Positions 24,689 through 33,861 of a DNA stretch of 61,291 bases are shown piece by piece. The position numbers and the translations under genes were made by a program. This stretch comes from Parcubacteria group bacterium (GTDB lineage Bacteria; Patescibacteriota; Minisyncoccia; Phycocordibacterales; Zambryskibacteraceae): NCBI GenBank assembly GCA_028286565.1, contig JAQBRH010000003.1, positions 1 through 61,291 of the forward strand, in the 5' to 3' direction. A model generated the notes under the pieces. The model did no database searches, was not told the DNA's origin, and saw only the letters and a program-made list of their open reading frames with translations. Positions within the stretch are counted from its first letter, which is position 1. Every line of letters begins with the position of its first letter.

Positions 24689-25396
24689 ATGCGTATCTCT
24701 CGGTTTTTGGGCCTCCTGGCCCTCCTCAGCATCTCGGCCCCGAGCCTCAGTGCTCAGCAACCGGCTCCCTGCCCCCTGGATCGAGCCTGCTACTATGCGG
24801 CCGCCAGTCTGAGCAGTCGCAGGATCGTCGAGCCCAAGGGCTTCCAGGTATGGGGTGTGGATTCCAGCACCCACATCAAGAGCGGGTGGCTCACAGTGGC
24901 CATTCGCGGCGGATACCGCAAGTTCATCCGCGTCGAGGACATGCAGAATTTCAATTTCCAGACCGGCGTTGCCCCCGACATGGAGCGCGTCGGTTCACCG
25001 ATGGGAATTCCCTACCGCAAGGATCAACCGGCAGTACCGGCTCCTCGAATCATTCGGATCGACACGGTCTTGCGAGTCCGCGTCGACACGGTCACGCTTC
25101 AAGGGAAGATCAGGGTCGATACGGTGCCGAAGGAGATCGTCCGCATCGACACCGTCTATCAGAAAGGCTGCGGCAACACCTTCTCGTGCCACCCCGTCGC
25201 CTGGATAGCGGGAACAGTAGCCGCCGCTGGGGCAACAATTCTCGGCGTGCAGTGTGCCAGATTCTGGTGCAAGCCGAAGGAGGTCGAGATCAACAACCAC
25301 AACCGCGCATGCGCGGGGACCGAGTGCTCGAGTTCTCCGAGCCTGGCCTTCCGCCGAAGCGAGGCGAACATTCCTATCCTCAGGTTCTTCCCCTGA
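24689..25396 (+). CDS. secreted/anchored hypothetical protein in a GC-rich islet
   Basis: Signal peptide MRISRFLGLLALLSISAPSLSAQQ, short (R/K)(I/V)DTV repeats and a C-terminal TM segment. Followed by the terminator ggcgcgc-agcaat-gcgcgcc-tttttt (25404-25429). Confidence 0.55.
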   Translation: MRISRFLGLLALLSISAPSLSAQQPAPCPLDRACYYAAASLSSRRIVEPKGFQVWGVDSSTHIKSGWLTVAIRGGYRKFIRVEDMQNFNFQTGVAPDMERVGSPMGIPYRKDQPAVPAPRIIRIDTVLRVRVDTVTLQGKIRVDTVPKEIVRIDTVYQKGCGNTFSCHPVAWIAGTVAAAGATILGVQCARFWCKPKEVEINNHNRACAGTECSSSPSLAFRRSEANIPILRFFP

Positions 25397-25435
25397 GGGC
25401 CCGGGCGCGCAGCAATGCGCGCCTTTTTTCATGCT

Positions 25436-25464
25436 TTGACTTTTTAAACTTTTTGTATTATAAT
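25436..25464 (+). promoter_or_regulatory. consensus sigma-70-type promoter TTGACT-N17-TATAAT
   Basis: Counted directly. It lies 34 nt upstream of the ATG at 25499. Confidence 0.6.
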
Positions 25465-25498
25465 CGTTTCAGAAAAAGAACCCTTACAGGAGATTCAC

Positions 25499-26422
25499 AT
25501 GCGGAGACCGTCCGGTAACAAGAAATACATATACCTTGGTGTAGTGGTTTGCACTGTCTTGCTTATCCTGGGAGTAAAAACCGGGTGGGTAAAGATAACC
25601 ACACCTTCTGTAGATACGGATGGAACGAAGAACTCATCAAAGGCTGAGTCTACACTGGCCCCCGCAGTAGCCCCCAAGTCGAGCTCAGTTAAAGAGCCCG
25701 AGGCGGTGGTGGCAGAAGATTCAGAGTCCCTTATGCGCAGGTTCAATGACCTCGGTGACTCAGTTGGCCGGTTTGCTCTCGACTCTGTCGAGCAAGGTCT
25801 CCTGCGTATGATCAGGGAAACCTACCCCGGTCCGATCCTAACTCGGCAGATACACGGCGTCGTGGTCGAAAAGGATACGAGCGGTTACTGCGGAGTATTC
25901 TACGAAAATGTTCCGAGTCCGCGGATCGGCCTCACGATCAAGCGTCTTCTTTCTCCGACATCAGTAGAATGGAGGAGCACTCTCTCCCATGAGATGGGGC
26001 ATTTCTATTCTCCAGATTTTCAGAAAAGCCTCGCTACGTACACGCACACTCCACAAGTCCACTTGGACTCACTCGAAGCTTTTGTTCCTCTCTTCAGAAA
26101 TGCATACCATCATCGTGGATCCTTTGTACGCAGCGGGCAATCTGAAATCGCTGCTTACTACAAGGATTTAACAGATGGAAAAATGAGCGAGGAAGAATTT
26201 CTAGACCAGTATCTTGCGGAGGCGATGAGTTGTTACTTCGAGTTCTGCAATGATGCGAAAGGGGAATCTCTGCTCAACAAAGAAGAGGTTGAGCTTTTCG
26301 GCAGATATCTCACCTTCATAGCAGGCTCTTTCGATCGCGCAGCTCTTTTTTTGAAGCGAGTCGAGATGGCGAACGGCCTTGCTTCTTTTCTTTCTGTTGT
26401 AAAGAAAGATCAAGTACAGTAG
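25499..26422 (+). CDS. membrane-anchored protein with an HExxH (HEMGH) zinc-peptidase-type motif
   Basis: N-terminal TM segment and the single motif LSHEMGHFY. A terminator lies at 25-48 nt past 26400 (ccgacgc/gcgtcgg plus T-run). Confidence 0.45.
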   Translation: MRRPSGNKKYIYLGVVVCTVLLILGVKTGWVKITTPSVDTDGTKNSSKAESTLAPAVAPKSSSVKEPEAVVAEDSESLMRRFNDLGDSVGRFALDSVEQGLLRMIRETYPGPILTRQIHGVVVEKDTSGYCGVFYENVPSPRIGLTIKRLLSPTSVEWRSTLSHEMGHFYSPDFQKSLATYTHTPQVHLDSLEAFVPLFRNAYHHRGSFVRSGQSEIAAYYKDLTDGKMSEEEFLDQYLAEAMSCYFEFCNDAKGESLLNKEEVELFGRYLTFIAGSFDRAALFLKRVEMANGLASFLSVVKKDQVQ

Positions 26423-26446
26423 TTCCGACGCACCTGCGTCGGTTTT

Positions 26447-27373
26447 TTATGTATTTTTATGCACGTAGAGATAGATATCCTCGAGGGCCTTCACCGCGTC
26501 GCCGGAGGCGATGTTGTTCTGGTGGAAGAGCCCGTCCGTCGCGTCTCCGGCGGCCCACAGCCCTTCGAGCTTTGTTTTCTGATCCTTTGGGTCAACGGGG
26601 ATCTGTTTGTACATATTGAGGTCGATCTGTCCTTCGAGGAATCCGGTCGTAGGGACGAGGCCGATCTCGACGAAGACGCCGGCGGCGGGGATCTCATGAT
26701 CTTCTCCGGCGGCGGTGTCCGTATATATAAGAGAAGACACAAATTTGTCGCCCTTGATCTCCTTCGGGAGAGCGTTTGTTATGAGCTTCATGTTCGGGTG
26801 CTTCAAGACCGCTTCGACCGTCATCTCATCCGCCTTCACGGTCTCTGACCTGTTCAAGAGGGTAACAGATCTACAATAGGCGAGGAGCTGGGCGGCCGAT
26901 TCGAATCCGGCGTTGCCTCCTCCGATAACCACGACGTCCGCTCCGCTGAAGAGCGGTCCGTCGCACGATGCGCAGTAGGTGATGCCCTTGTTCTCGAACT
27001 CTTTGGCTCCGGGGATCTCGAGCTTCCGTCTGGTCGAGCCGGTGGCCACGAGGACGGCCTTGGCTTCAAATTTTTCTTTAGGAGTTTCCACGATGAACTT
27101 GCCTTCCTCTTTGGAGACCTTTGTTACCCGCCGGCCCGTGACGATGTGGACAGTGTCCTCGGCGTAGGCGCGAAGATGCTTCTCGAGCTCCTTGCCGAGG
27201 TCGATGCCGCTGATCTCGACCGTGCCGATCCAGTTCTGCACGCCCATGGATTCGGTCGACTGCCCGCCGAAGGATTCGGTGATGAGGACGGTCTTCAGCC
27301 TTTTCCTCGCCGCATACACTCCCGCAGAAACTCCCGCCGGTCCGCCTCCGATAATGGCTAAATCATATATCAT
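26447..27373 (-). CDS. trxB: thioredoxin-disulfide reductase
   Basis: IIGGGPAGVSAGVYAAR, redox CASCDG, and the second Rossmann motif VVVIGGGNAGFESA. Confidence 0.9.
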   Translation of the reverse strand: MIYDLAIIGGGPAGVSAGVYAARKRLKTVLITESFGGQSTESMGVQNWIGTVEISGIDLGKELEKHLRAYAEDTVHIVTGRRVTKVSKEEGKFIVETPKEKFEAKAVLVATGSTRRKLEIPGAKEFENKGITYCASCDGPLFSGADVVVIGGGNAGFESAAQLLAYCRSVTLLNRSETVKADEMTVEAVLKHPNMKLITNALPKEIKGDKFVSSLIYTDTAAGEDHEIPAAGVFVEIGLVPTTGFLEGQIDLNMYKQIPVDPKDQKTKLEGLWAAGDATDGLFHQNNIASGDAVKALEDIYLYVHKNT

Positions 27374-27439
27374 TCGACTAGTATATCTCTTTGACAGGCT
27401 CGGAGTAAACAGAAAATTCTGATAAAGAAAAAAGCCGCT

Positions 27440-27844
27440 TTATAAGCGGCTCTGCCAGTTTCTTGTTCGCGAAGTGATCAGTCTGTCGATCACTACGGCG
27501 ACGAGTACTCCATACACCGCCATGGCAAAGAGCAGGGTGTAGAAGATCAGAGGAGTGAGGTGAAGGATCACGCCGAAGAGCGCCAGGATCCAGCCAGCCC
27601 AGTTCCAATTGCCGTAACGTTCATACAGCTCATCACCCATGTAGGACTCAGCCGCAAAGATGCTCATCAAGACGCATACAGCGAAGATGAAAGCCGCCCC
27701 TCCGAACACCTTGAAGCACAAGGCTGTCAGGGTCGGATAGATAAAGAGCCACCCGAGCCTGAGGAGGACATAGTCGATCGGCCTCACTACGTACCGGTAG
27801 TAGCAGCGTTCAAGATTGTCGACGAATGCCAAGACACGTTCCAT
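27440..27844 (-). CDS. hypothetical integral membrane protein
   Basis: 134 aa with 3-4 TM helices. A terminator hairpin agccgc.../...gcggct overlaps its stop. Confidence 0.5.
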   Translation of the reverse strand: MERVLAFVDNLERCYYRYVVRPIDYVLLRLGWLFIYPTLTALCFKVFGGAAFIFAVCVLMSIFAAESYMGDELYERYGNWNWAGWILALFGVILHLTPLIFYTLLFAMAVYGVLVAVVIDRLITSRTRNWQSRL

Positions 27845-27924
27845 GGAGATCTCCTGTTCAAGTCTTTGATTACTTTACTTTTTCCTCAGGGTTTGTAAAG
27901 AAAAAGCCGCATCGTGTGCGGGGA

Positions 27925-28305
27925 TCACGCCGGGTGATCGTCGAAGGGGAGTACCCGCCCCTTTCCTCTGATGAGCGTTATGATGAACGCCACTATCCCG
28001 ACGATGATGGTGGCGCGCACGAATGCCGGCACGGCGTCCGCCGGCAGCGTGAAGCGCACGCCGGTCCAGGCGATCATCGACTCGGTCGCCACGATCATGA
28101 CCATTGCCTTGCCGTGTACGCCCTCGTATTCGTGTAGAAAGATCCACACCAAAGCGGCGATGATAACGAAGACAAAAGTTATGATGTACCCCAGGGTGTT
28201 CGGAGGCGCTATCCGCGTAATGGACGAGAACAGCGCGGGAGCGATCAGGCTTGGGGCTGCATATCTCATCCGCATGAGTGCCTTGGAAAGAGAGAACGTC
28301 TCCAT
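27925..28305 (-). CDS. hypothetical integral membrane protein
   Basis: Start moved to METFSL, which has AGGAGG 10 nt upstream. The listed longer ORF would run through the ftsZ terminator. Confidence 0.5.
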   Translation of the reverse strand: METFSLSKALMRMRYAAPSLIAPALFSSITRIAPPNTLGYIITFVFVIIAALVWIFLHEYEGVHGKAMVMIVATESMIAWTGVRFTLPADAVPAFVRATIIVGIVAFIITLIRGKGRVLPFDDHPA

Positions 28306-28336
28306 CAAACCTACGCCTCCTATATATAAAGTCAAG

Positions 28337-28365
28337 AAAAGACCCGGTTTCCCGGGTCTTTTGTT
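28337..28365. terminator. bidirectional terminator downstream of ftsZ
   Basis: gacccgg-tttc-ccgggtc flanked by aaaa and tttt. Confidence 0.65.
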
Positions 28366-28369
28366 TATA

Positions 28370-29542
28370 TTATTTGAGTTTCGATCGGCGGAGGAAGGCG
28401 GGGACCGCGTTCCAATCGTCGTCCGAGTCGTCGACCTTTGAGGGCGCCTCCGGCTTCTTTTCTTCATGCGGCCTCTCGGTGGGAGCGGGCTTTGGGACGA
28501 AGGAAGACATGCTGTTGAAGATGCGTTCCTTGGTCACTTCTTCCTGCGGAGCGTTCTGGAAGAGAGAGGTAGCCTTGCGCTGCATGCTCTCGGGGAAGGA
28601 AGCGGCGATGACGGTGATCTTCAGTTCGCCCTTCTTCAGCTTGTCATCCTTGACCGTACCGAAGATGATCTTGGCGTTCGCATCCACGGATTCGGTGATG
28701 ATCTTCGCCGCATCTTGGATCTCGAACATCCCGAGGTCGTCGCCGCCGGCGATGGAGAAGAGAACGCCCTTGGCCCCGTTGATCGAGACTTCGAGGAGAG
28801 GGGACGAGATGGCCATGCGGGCGGCTTCTTCGGCTCGGTTGTCCCCAGAGGCGACGCCGATGCCCATGAGCGCAGCGCCCGCGTCCTGCATGACCGCGCG
28901 GATGTCTGCGAAGTCGATGTTGATGAGGCCCGGAGTGGTGATGAGGTCAGAGATGCCTTCGACCGCTTGTTTCAAAATGTTGTCGCAGGTGGCAAAGGCG
29001 TTCTTCGCGGTCGTACCCTTGTCGATCGTCGCGAGGAGCCGGTCGTTCGGGATGATGATGATGGCATCGACGGCGGCCTTGAGGTCGTTGATGGCTTCTT
29101 CGGCGATCTTCATGCGCTGCTGTCCTTCAAAGAAGAAGGGCTTAGTGACGACGGCCACAGTGAGGATGCCCGCTTCCTTGGCGGTGCGGGCGATGCCCGG
29201 AGCCGCTCCTGATCCTGTCCCGCCTCCCATGCCGGAAGCGATGAAGACCATGTCGGCGCCCTTGATGGCTTCCTGGATCTCTTCTTTGGTCTCTTCGACG
29301 GCGCGCTTGCCGAGCTCGGGGTTCATGCCTGCTCCGAGTCCGCGGGTGAGGTTCTTGCCGATATGAACCTTCTTCTTGGCGAGAGAATGATGGAGGTCTT
29401 GGGCGTCGGTGTTAACGGCGATGAAATCCACTCCCTTAACCTTGGAGTTGATCATGTGGTTGAGGGCATTGTTCCCTGAACCGCCGACACCGATGACCTT
29501 GATCCGGGCGAATGCTTCTACTTCTGGTTTAATTTGTGGCAT
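28370..29542 (-). CDS. ftsZ: cell division protein FtsZ
   Basis: GVGGSGNNALNHM and the GGGTGSGAAP tubulin signature. Confidence 0.95.
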   Translation of the reverse strand: MPQIKPEVEAFARIKVIGVGGSGNNALNHMINSKVKGVDFIAVNTDAQDLHHSLAKKKVHIGKNLTRGLGAGMNPELGKRAVEETKEEIQEAIKGADMVFIASGMGGGTGSGAAPGIARTAKEAGILTVAVVTKPFFFEGQQRMKIAEEAINDLKAAVDAIIIIPNDRLLATIDKGTTAKNAFATCDNILKQAVEGISDLITTPGLINIDFADIRAVMQDAGAALMGIGVASGDNRAEEAARMAISSPLLEVSINGAKGVLFSIAGGDDLGMFEIQDAAKIITESVDANAKIIFGTVKDDKLKKGELKITVIAASFPESMQRKATSLFQNAPQEEVTKERIFNSMSSFVPKPAPTERPHEEKKPEAPSKVDDSDDDWNAVPAFLRRSKLK

Positions 29543-29693
29543 GAAATATGGACTTTTAAGCGTTCCGTGTGGCTCCTAATGGCCACATCTTACAGAAATA
29601 CCACCCAAAAAGAAACAGTTGACATTATTTAAATACGTATCGCCTTTTTTGGCTCAACATAGGGATTTTTAAGAAAAAACCCGCCGAAGCGGG

Positions 29694-30722
29694 CTACCAA
29701 TTGAGGTAGGGGTTACAGATATCCAGATGACTGTACTCACCTAGATAATCAAGCCGCTCCCCCAGGGCAGTGTCTCTCAAGTGAGTGATGTTCCTTGATG
29801 GATTTCTGGCCAGGCGAATAACATCCTGGTCAGTCATCAAGGCAAACATGAGGAATGGGTCGCCGATCTTTAGTTGAGTCAGAAATTCAAGTACCGGCTC
29901 CATCATTGCGCGCAGATCTTGCTGTGTGACCCGTACATACACGGTCATCATGAGGGAACGGAACTTCTTGAACTTGTGCCCCCATATTGAATTCTCAAAA
30001 GAGACTTTGCCGCACGCGGCCGATTCGACGATGAGTGCGGCTATGGCAGTGCTCGTGCGCTCTCTGTGATCTAAGCCGAATTCGTCAGCCAGTGCCTTCA
30101 GCTCTTGTTCGAGAGGAAACTTCATCCGACGACTGATGTCATTGTAATCCGCGAAGAGATAGGCAATTTTGTCCGCCCATCGCACTACCCATGCTTCTTG
30201 GGTCATGCCCTCTCGAGCTGTGTCCCCACTGTGCCGCATCATGCCATCGAGCGTTTCGAAGCACAGGTTGAGCCCCAGGCCCTGGCGTTCGATCTTCTGG
30301 GCGATGAGGGGCCCCATCACTTCGTGACAGAACTCCTTACGGCCCATGGCTTCGGCCAGAAAGTGTTCCCCCGGATGACCGAACGGAACATGTCCGATGT
30401 CGTGCCCTAGAGCGATCGCCCGTACGAGGTCGATGTTGAGCCCGAGCAGTTCGGCTATTACGACCGAGCACGCCACCACTTCCATCACGTGAGTCTCGCG
30501 ACTCCGAATGAAAGGGTCTATGGGGGCGGTCAAAACCTGAGTCTTGAAGCGCAGAAGTCTAAATGCCTTAGATGAAGTGATCTTAGCCTCATCCGAGACA
30601 AAAAGATTCTTCATGGTCAGCGGATCACTGTCCGAAGAGAATTGGCGCCTCCCTTCTCCTGTTCGCAGATGAGCAAGGCAGCCATGAAGGCCGCTTATTT
30701 CCTCCCAAACTTGTTTGTACAT
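29694..30722 (-). CDS. dGTPase-like HD-domain dNTP triphosphohydrolase
   Basis: RSRETHVMEVV....IAELLG, GHDIGHVPFGHPGEHFL and ADKIAYLFADYNDI, in the order seen in Dgt/SAMHD1-type enzymes. GAGGAGG RBS present. A terminator (cccgc-cgaa-gcggg plus T-run) lies directly after the stop. Confidence 0.7.
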   Translation of the reverse strand: MYKQVWEEISGLHGCLAHLRTGEGRRQFSSDSDPLTMKNLFVSDEAKITSSKAFRLLRFKTQVLTAPIDPFIRSRETHVMEVVACSVVIAELLGLNIDLVRAIALGHDIGHVPFGHPGEHFLAEAMGRKEFCHEVMGPLIAQKIERQGLGLNLCFETLDGMMRHSGDTAREGMTQEAWVVRWADKIAYLFADYNDISRRMKFPLEQELKALADEFGLDHRERTSTAIAALIVESAACGKVSFENSIWGHKFKKFRSLMMTVYVRVTQQDLRAMMEPVLEFLTQLKIGDPFLMFALMTDQDVIRLARNPSRNITHLRDTALGERLDYLGEYSHLDICNPYLNW

Positions 30723-30773
30723 GTTACCTCCTCAAAGGTCGGGGTCTATGCCGATACTACTCCTTTCGAAAAC

Positions 30774-31988
30774 TTAAGGCAAAAATTGGGAGATCCATTC
30801 GCCGACTTTGGAGAAGAAGGTCTTGCCTCCCTTGGTGATCTTGTCTATCTGCGAGGGGCCGATAGATGAGAGGTCGTGGCCGGTGTTGAAGCCGAGGAGA
30901 GCCAATCCGTACGCCGTCGCCCACGACGAGTCCTTGGTCTTCTCCTTTTGCTGGTCCGGTTTTTCTTCTCCGAAATGCACGTCACCGAGATGCGCAGGGA
31001 GCTTCAATGAGGTTTCTGCAGAGCCCCGAATAGTATGTAAAGACGATCCTCCTCCGATGATGATCACACCGGCCGGGAGAAGGGCGTTCCTGCCGATCCT
31101 CTTTAGGTGTCCTTCTATGAGCTCGAGACAGTCCGAAAGGCGGGCGTGGATGATGTCCTCGAGCTTCTTTTTTGAATAGACGGCGTTCGTGATGGCTCCG
31201 AGCTTGATCGATTCGGCTTCTTCGAGGCCGACCTTGAGGCCGAGGGCGATGTCGTTCGTTATATCCGTGCCGCCGATAGGGAAGACCTCGAGGGAGATGG
31301 GGTTCGAGTTCTCATAGACGACCATGGAGAGAGTCTCCGCGCCCAGGTTCACAAGGACGCAGCCGGCTTTCTTCTGTTTCTTCGAAAGAGTGACGAAGGA
31401 GGCGGCGATCGGAGCGGCGACGACGTCGGTCACTTCGATGCCCGCATCCTCGATCGTTTTGATGAGGTCTTGGATATGGTGTTCGAGGCACATGATGAAG
31501 AGCACCTTCACATCCACTTTCTGCGCCTTCAAACCTTGGACCCGGCCCCAGACCACCTTGCCGTCGGTTTTGTATTCGACGGGAATAGTGTTGATGATCT
31601 TTTTATTTAAAACGACCGCGTGAGGGATAGCGGTCTCTGCGGCTTCGCCGGCCTTGTCGAGGTCGAGAGGAGTGATCTCAAGATCCGCTCGAGAGACTAT
31701 GGCGGAGCCGGTCGCGGTCACGCCCGAGAGCCCGATGCCTCCGACCGATGCGTAGGCCCGCTTGACCTGTACTCCCGCCATCTTTTCCGCCTGCCTGACC
31801 GCCAAGAGGAGCGAACGGGTGGCTTCCTCGTGGTTCGCGATATAGCCTTCATGGACGCCCTTGGATTCGCTTTGTCCCGTGCCTATGACCTTGAGCTGGC
31901 TGCGGCCGTTCATCGCCACTTCTTCGGCAATAACCACCCTCGTCCATGAGGTGCCGATGTCTATGCCTGTAGTGATGTGACGAGCCAT
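30774..31988 (-). CDS. ftsA: cell division protein FtsA
   Basis: Actin-fold start GIDIGTSWTRVVIAE and the later IIIGGGSSL motif. Confidence 0.9.
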   Translation of the reverse strand: MARHITTGIDIGTSWTRVVIAEEVAMNGRSQLKVIGTGQSESKGVHEGYIANHEEATRSLLLAVRQAEKMAGVQVKRAYASVGGIGLSGVTATGSAIVSRADLEITPLDLDKAGEAAETAIPHAVVLNKKIINTIPVEYKTDGKVVWGRVQGLKAQKVDVKVLFIMCLEHHIQDLIKTIEDAGIEVTDVVAAPIAASFVTLSKKQKKAGCVLVNLGAETLSMVVYENSNPISLEVFPIGGTDITNDIALGLKVGLEEAESIKLGAITNAVYSKKKLEDIIHARLSDCLELIEGHLKRIGRNALLPAGVIIIGGGSSLHTIRGSAETSLKLPAHLGDVHFGEEKPDQQKEKTKDSSWATAYGLALLGFNTGHDLSSIGPSQIDKITKGGKTFFSKVGEWISQFLP

Positions 31989-32040
31989 AAAGATAAATAG
32001 AAAAGACGCGAGACAGAAACTCTAAAGCGAGGGAACAAAA

Positions 32041-32397
32041 CTAGACGTTGAATTTCTTGCGGAACTTCTGTTCTGCTTTTTCCATTGTAGCCCCATGTTC
32101 CATTCCTTTCAAATGAAGAAGACCGTGGACAAAGAGAAATCCGACCTCATTCTTCGCCAATTTGAGATGTATGAAAATTTCTCCGCTGTCTTTTGTAAGG
32201 GGGAACGAGAGCACGTTCGTCGGTTTGTCTTTTTGCCTGTAGGTCAGGTTCAGCCGGTGAGAAAGCGCGTCGCCGCAGAACACGAGCGAGAGTTCGTAAG
32301 ATTTGCCGAGGATCGCGTTCTTTATTTCCTCAAAAGGAATACCCCGCAGAGAGCGGGGCGAAGTCCTGGTGGTGTTTTTGATAGAAAAGGTAGGCAC
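32041..32397 (-). CDS. ybeY: rRNA maturation endoribonuclease YbeY
   Basis: HGLLHLKGMEH (HxxxHxxxxxH zinc site); 118 aa. Confidence 0.85.
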   Translation of the reverse strand: MPTFSIKNTTRTSPRSLRGIPFEEIKNAILGKSYELSLVFCGDALSHRLNLTYRQKDKPTNVLSFPLTKDSGEIFIHLKLAKNEVGFLFVHGLLHLKGMEHGATMEKAEQKFRKKFNV

Positions 32398-32406
32398 CTT
32401 TGTGGT

Positions 32407-32661
32407 TTAGCGCTTGCGCTTGCCGAACTTGGGGGTTTCGGCGATCTTGCCGAGCTTGATGAGCTCAGCGGTCTCATCTTTCTTCTTGAGGTAGGCGAGG
32501 GTCTTGGCGCGCTTCACATTCTCGGACTTTTCGCGCTCGTGGTATCGCTTGGAGCGGACACGGGGAAGGACGCCGGCGCCCTGGACGCGCTTTTGGAATC
32601 GGCGAAGGACCGAGAGATTGTTCTCGCTCGCGCCCTTTATAACTTCAATATTGACTGCCAT
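32407..32661 (-). CDS. rpsU: 30S ribosomal protein S21
   Basis: Start moved to MAVNIEV. LRRFQKRVQGAGVL..VRSKRYHEREKSE pattern and a basic tail. Confidence 0.8.
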   Translation of the reverse strand: MAVNIEVIKGASENNLSVLRRFQKRVQGAGVLPRVRSKRYHEREKSENVKRAKTLAYLKKKDETAELIKLGKIAETPKFGKRKR

Positions 32662-32706
32662 ATAGAGGGATAATCTAACACAAGGGCCGTATTTAGGCAA
32701 CAAGTC

Positions 32707-33861
32707 CTAGAACGGCAGGTGCTTGAGGTAGTCGGGTAGGTCGTCCATCGAAATCGTGTCCTGGGCTCGGGTGGAGACGTTCCTGACGGTGACGGTGTGG
32801 TCGAGAGCTTCCTTGTGGCCCACGATGAGGAGGTAGGGAACGCGGAGTTCCTCCGAGGCGGCGAGCTGGGCGGTGATCTTGTCCTTGCCGAGGAAATGAT
32901 AGACAGGGATCCGATGAGTGCGGAGAAGCTCGATCAAGGGAAGGGATTTCAATTTGGCCTCGTGGCCGAGATGTATCAAATAGAATTTTGGCTTGGGCAG
33001 ATCTTTGTATATCTTCTCCGGGCCGTCCTTCTTCGCATGGGCAAAGATGGTCATCGAGGCCGAAGGCAATTCTTTCTTAAATCCGACACGCTTGGTGAGC
33101 CGGGAGTAGCGCGAACCTTCAGCGAGGACCATCTCGCTGTCGGCGTCGCGGATGGCGAAGATAGTGTGCGAGCTGTAGTGCTTGCTCCCGATGAGACGGC
33201 AGTCGAGGCGGAATTCGACGCCGAGGGACTCCAAGCATTCGAGCATTTCCTTGAAGTGGGCGCGCGAAGGAGAGGTAAGGGAGGCGATCGACGAGGGAAG
33301 CTGGCCCTTGATCTCTTCGGGCAGAGCGAGCTTTAAAAGTTCAAAGACGTCCTCTTTGATCCTCTTTTTGTGCTCGGGAGGGATCTCGGCCGCAACTTTC
33401 CTGACGAAGGCGTGAAGCTCTCGTTCGTAGGCTTGTACGGAATCTTTGTCTCCGACCGAGTTTACTTCTACGACGAGGCGCTTGTGGCCTTCTTCCATGA
33501 GGATGGTGAGGCCGGTGCGGATGAGGATGGCCTCGGCGACGGCCGAAGGGAATCCGAGCACGTGGAGGCAGTAATCATGGGCGCGCTTCTCCGGCTTCCT
33601 ATAAATGACTGACAGAGGGTGCGGGAGTGAGGCAAAGTCGTTCTCCGCATACATGCGGAGGAAAGCGGCCTTCTCGGCGGCGTCGTGGGTGCGGAGAGGT
33701 TTCGCCCCTTCAACTTCTATCCTGCAATCCTCGGTAAGCTTGAGATCAATGTCTTTTACCTTCGGATAGTTGATAGGAGTGAATCCAAAATGGGCAGCAA
33801 GATAGATCGGTCTGTCGAATTCATGTAAAAGGTAGGCCGGCTTCTTAGTTTGTTTGGACAT
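32707..33861 (-). CDS. histidyl-tRNA-synthetase-like class IIa protein with degenerate catalytic motifs
   Basis: The HGTP-type anticodon-binding C-terminus is present (FYLIHLG...VPYLLIVGHKE...TVTVRN). The HisRS-like core order is retained, but motif 2 reads YRKPEKRAHDY and motif 3 reads EGSRYSRL. Confidence 0.55.
   Translation of the reverse strand: MSKQTKKPAYLLHEFDRPIYLAAHFGFTPINYPKVKDIDLKLTEDCRIEVEGAKPLRTHDAAEKAAFLRMYAENDFASLPHPLSVIYRKPEKRAHDYCLHVLGFPSAVAEAILIRTGLTILMEEGHKRLVVEVNSVGDKDSVQAYERELHAFVRKVAAEIPPEHKKRIKEDVFELLKLALPEEIKGQLPSSIASLTSPSRAHFKEMLECLESLGVEFRLDCRLIGSKHYSSHTIFAIRDADSEMVLAEGSRYSRLTKRVGFKKELPSASMTIFAHAKKDGPEKIYKDLPKPKFYLIHLGHEAKLKSLPLIELLRTHRIPVYHFLGKDKITAQLAASEELRVPYLLIVGHKEALDHTVTVRNVSTRAQDTISMDDLPDYLKHLPF

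Noticed and set aside
24685-25518. 277-aa ORF in an alternative frame of the GC-rich islet
   Set aside because: It is Arg/Pro/Gly/Ser-rich with no signal peptide and runs through the terminator and the next promoter. The frame at 24689..25396 has a signal peptide and a TM segment, and ends before the terminator.
28278-29366. 362-aa plus-strand ORF (also 28466..29212)
   Set aside because: It is antisense to ftsZ, whose tubulin signature is clear on the minus strand.
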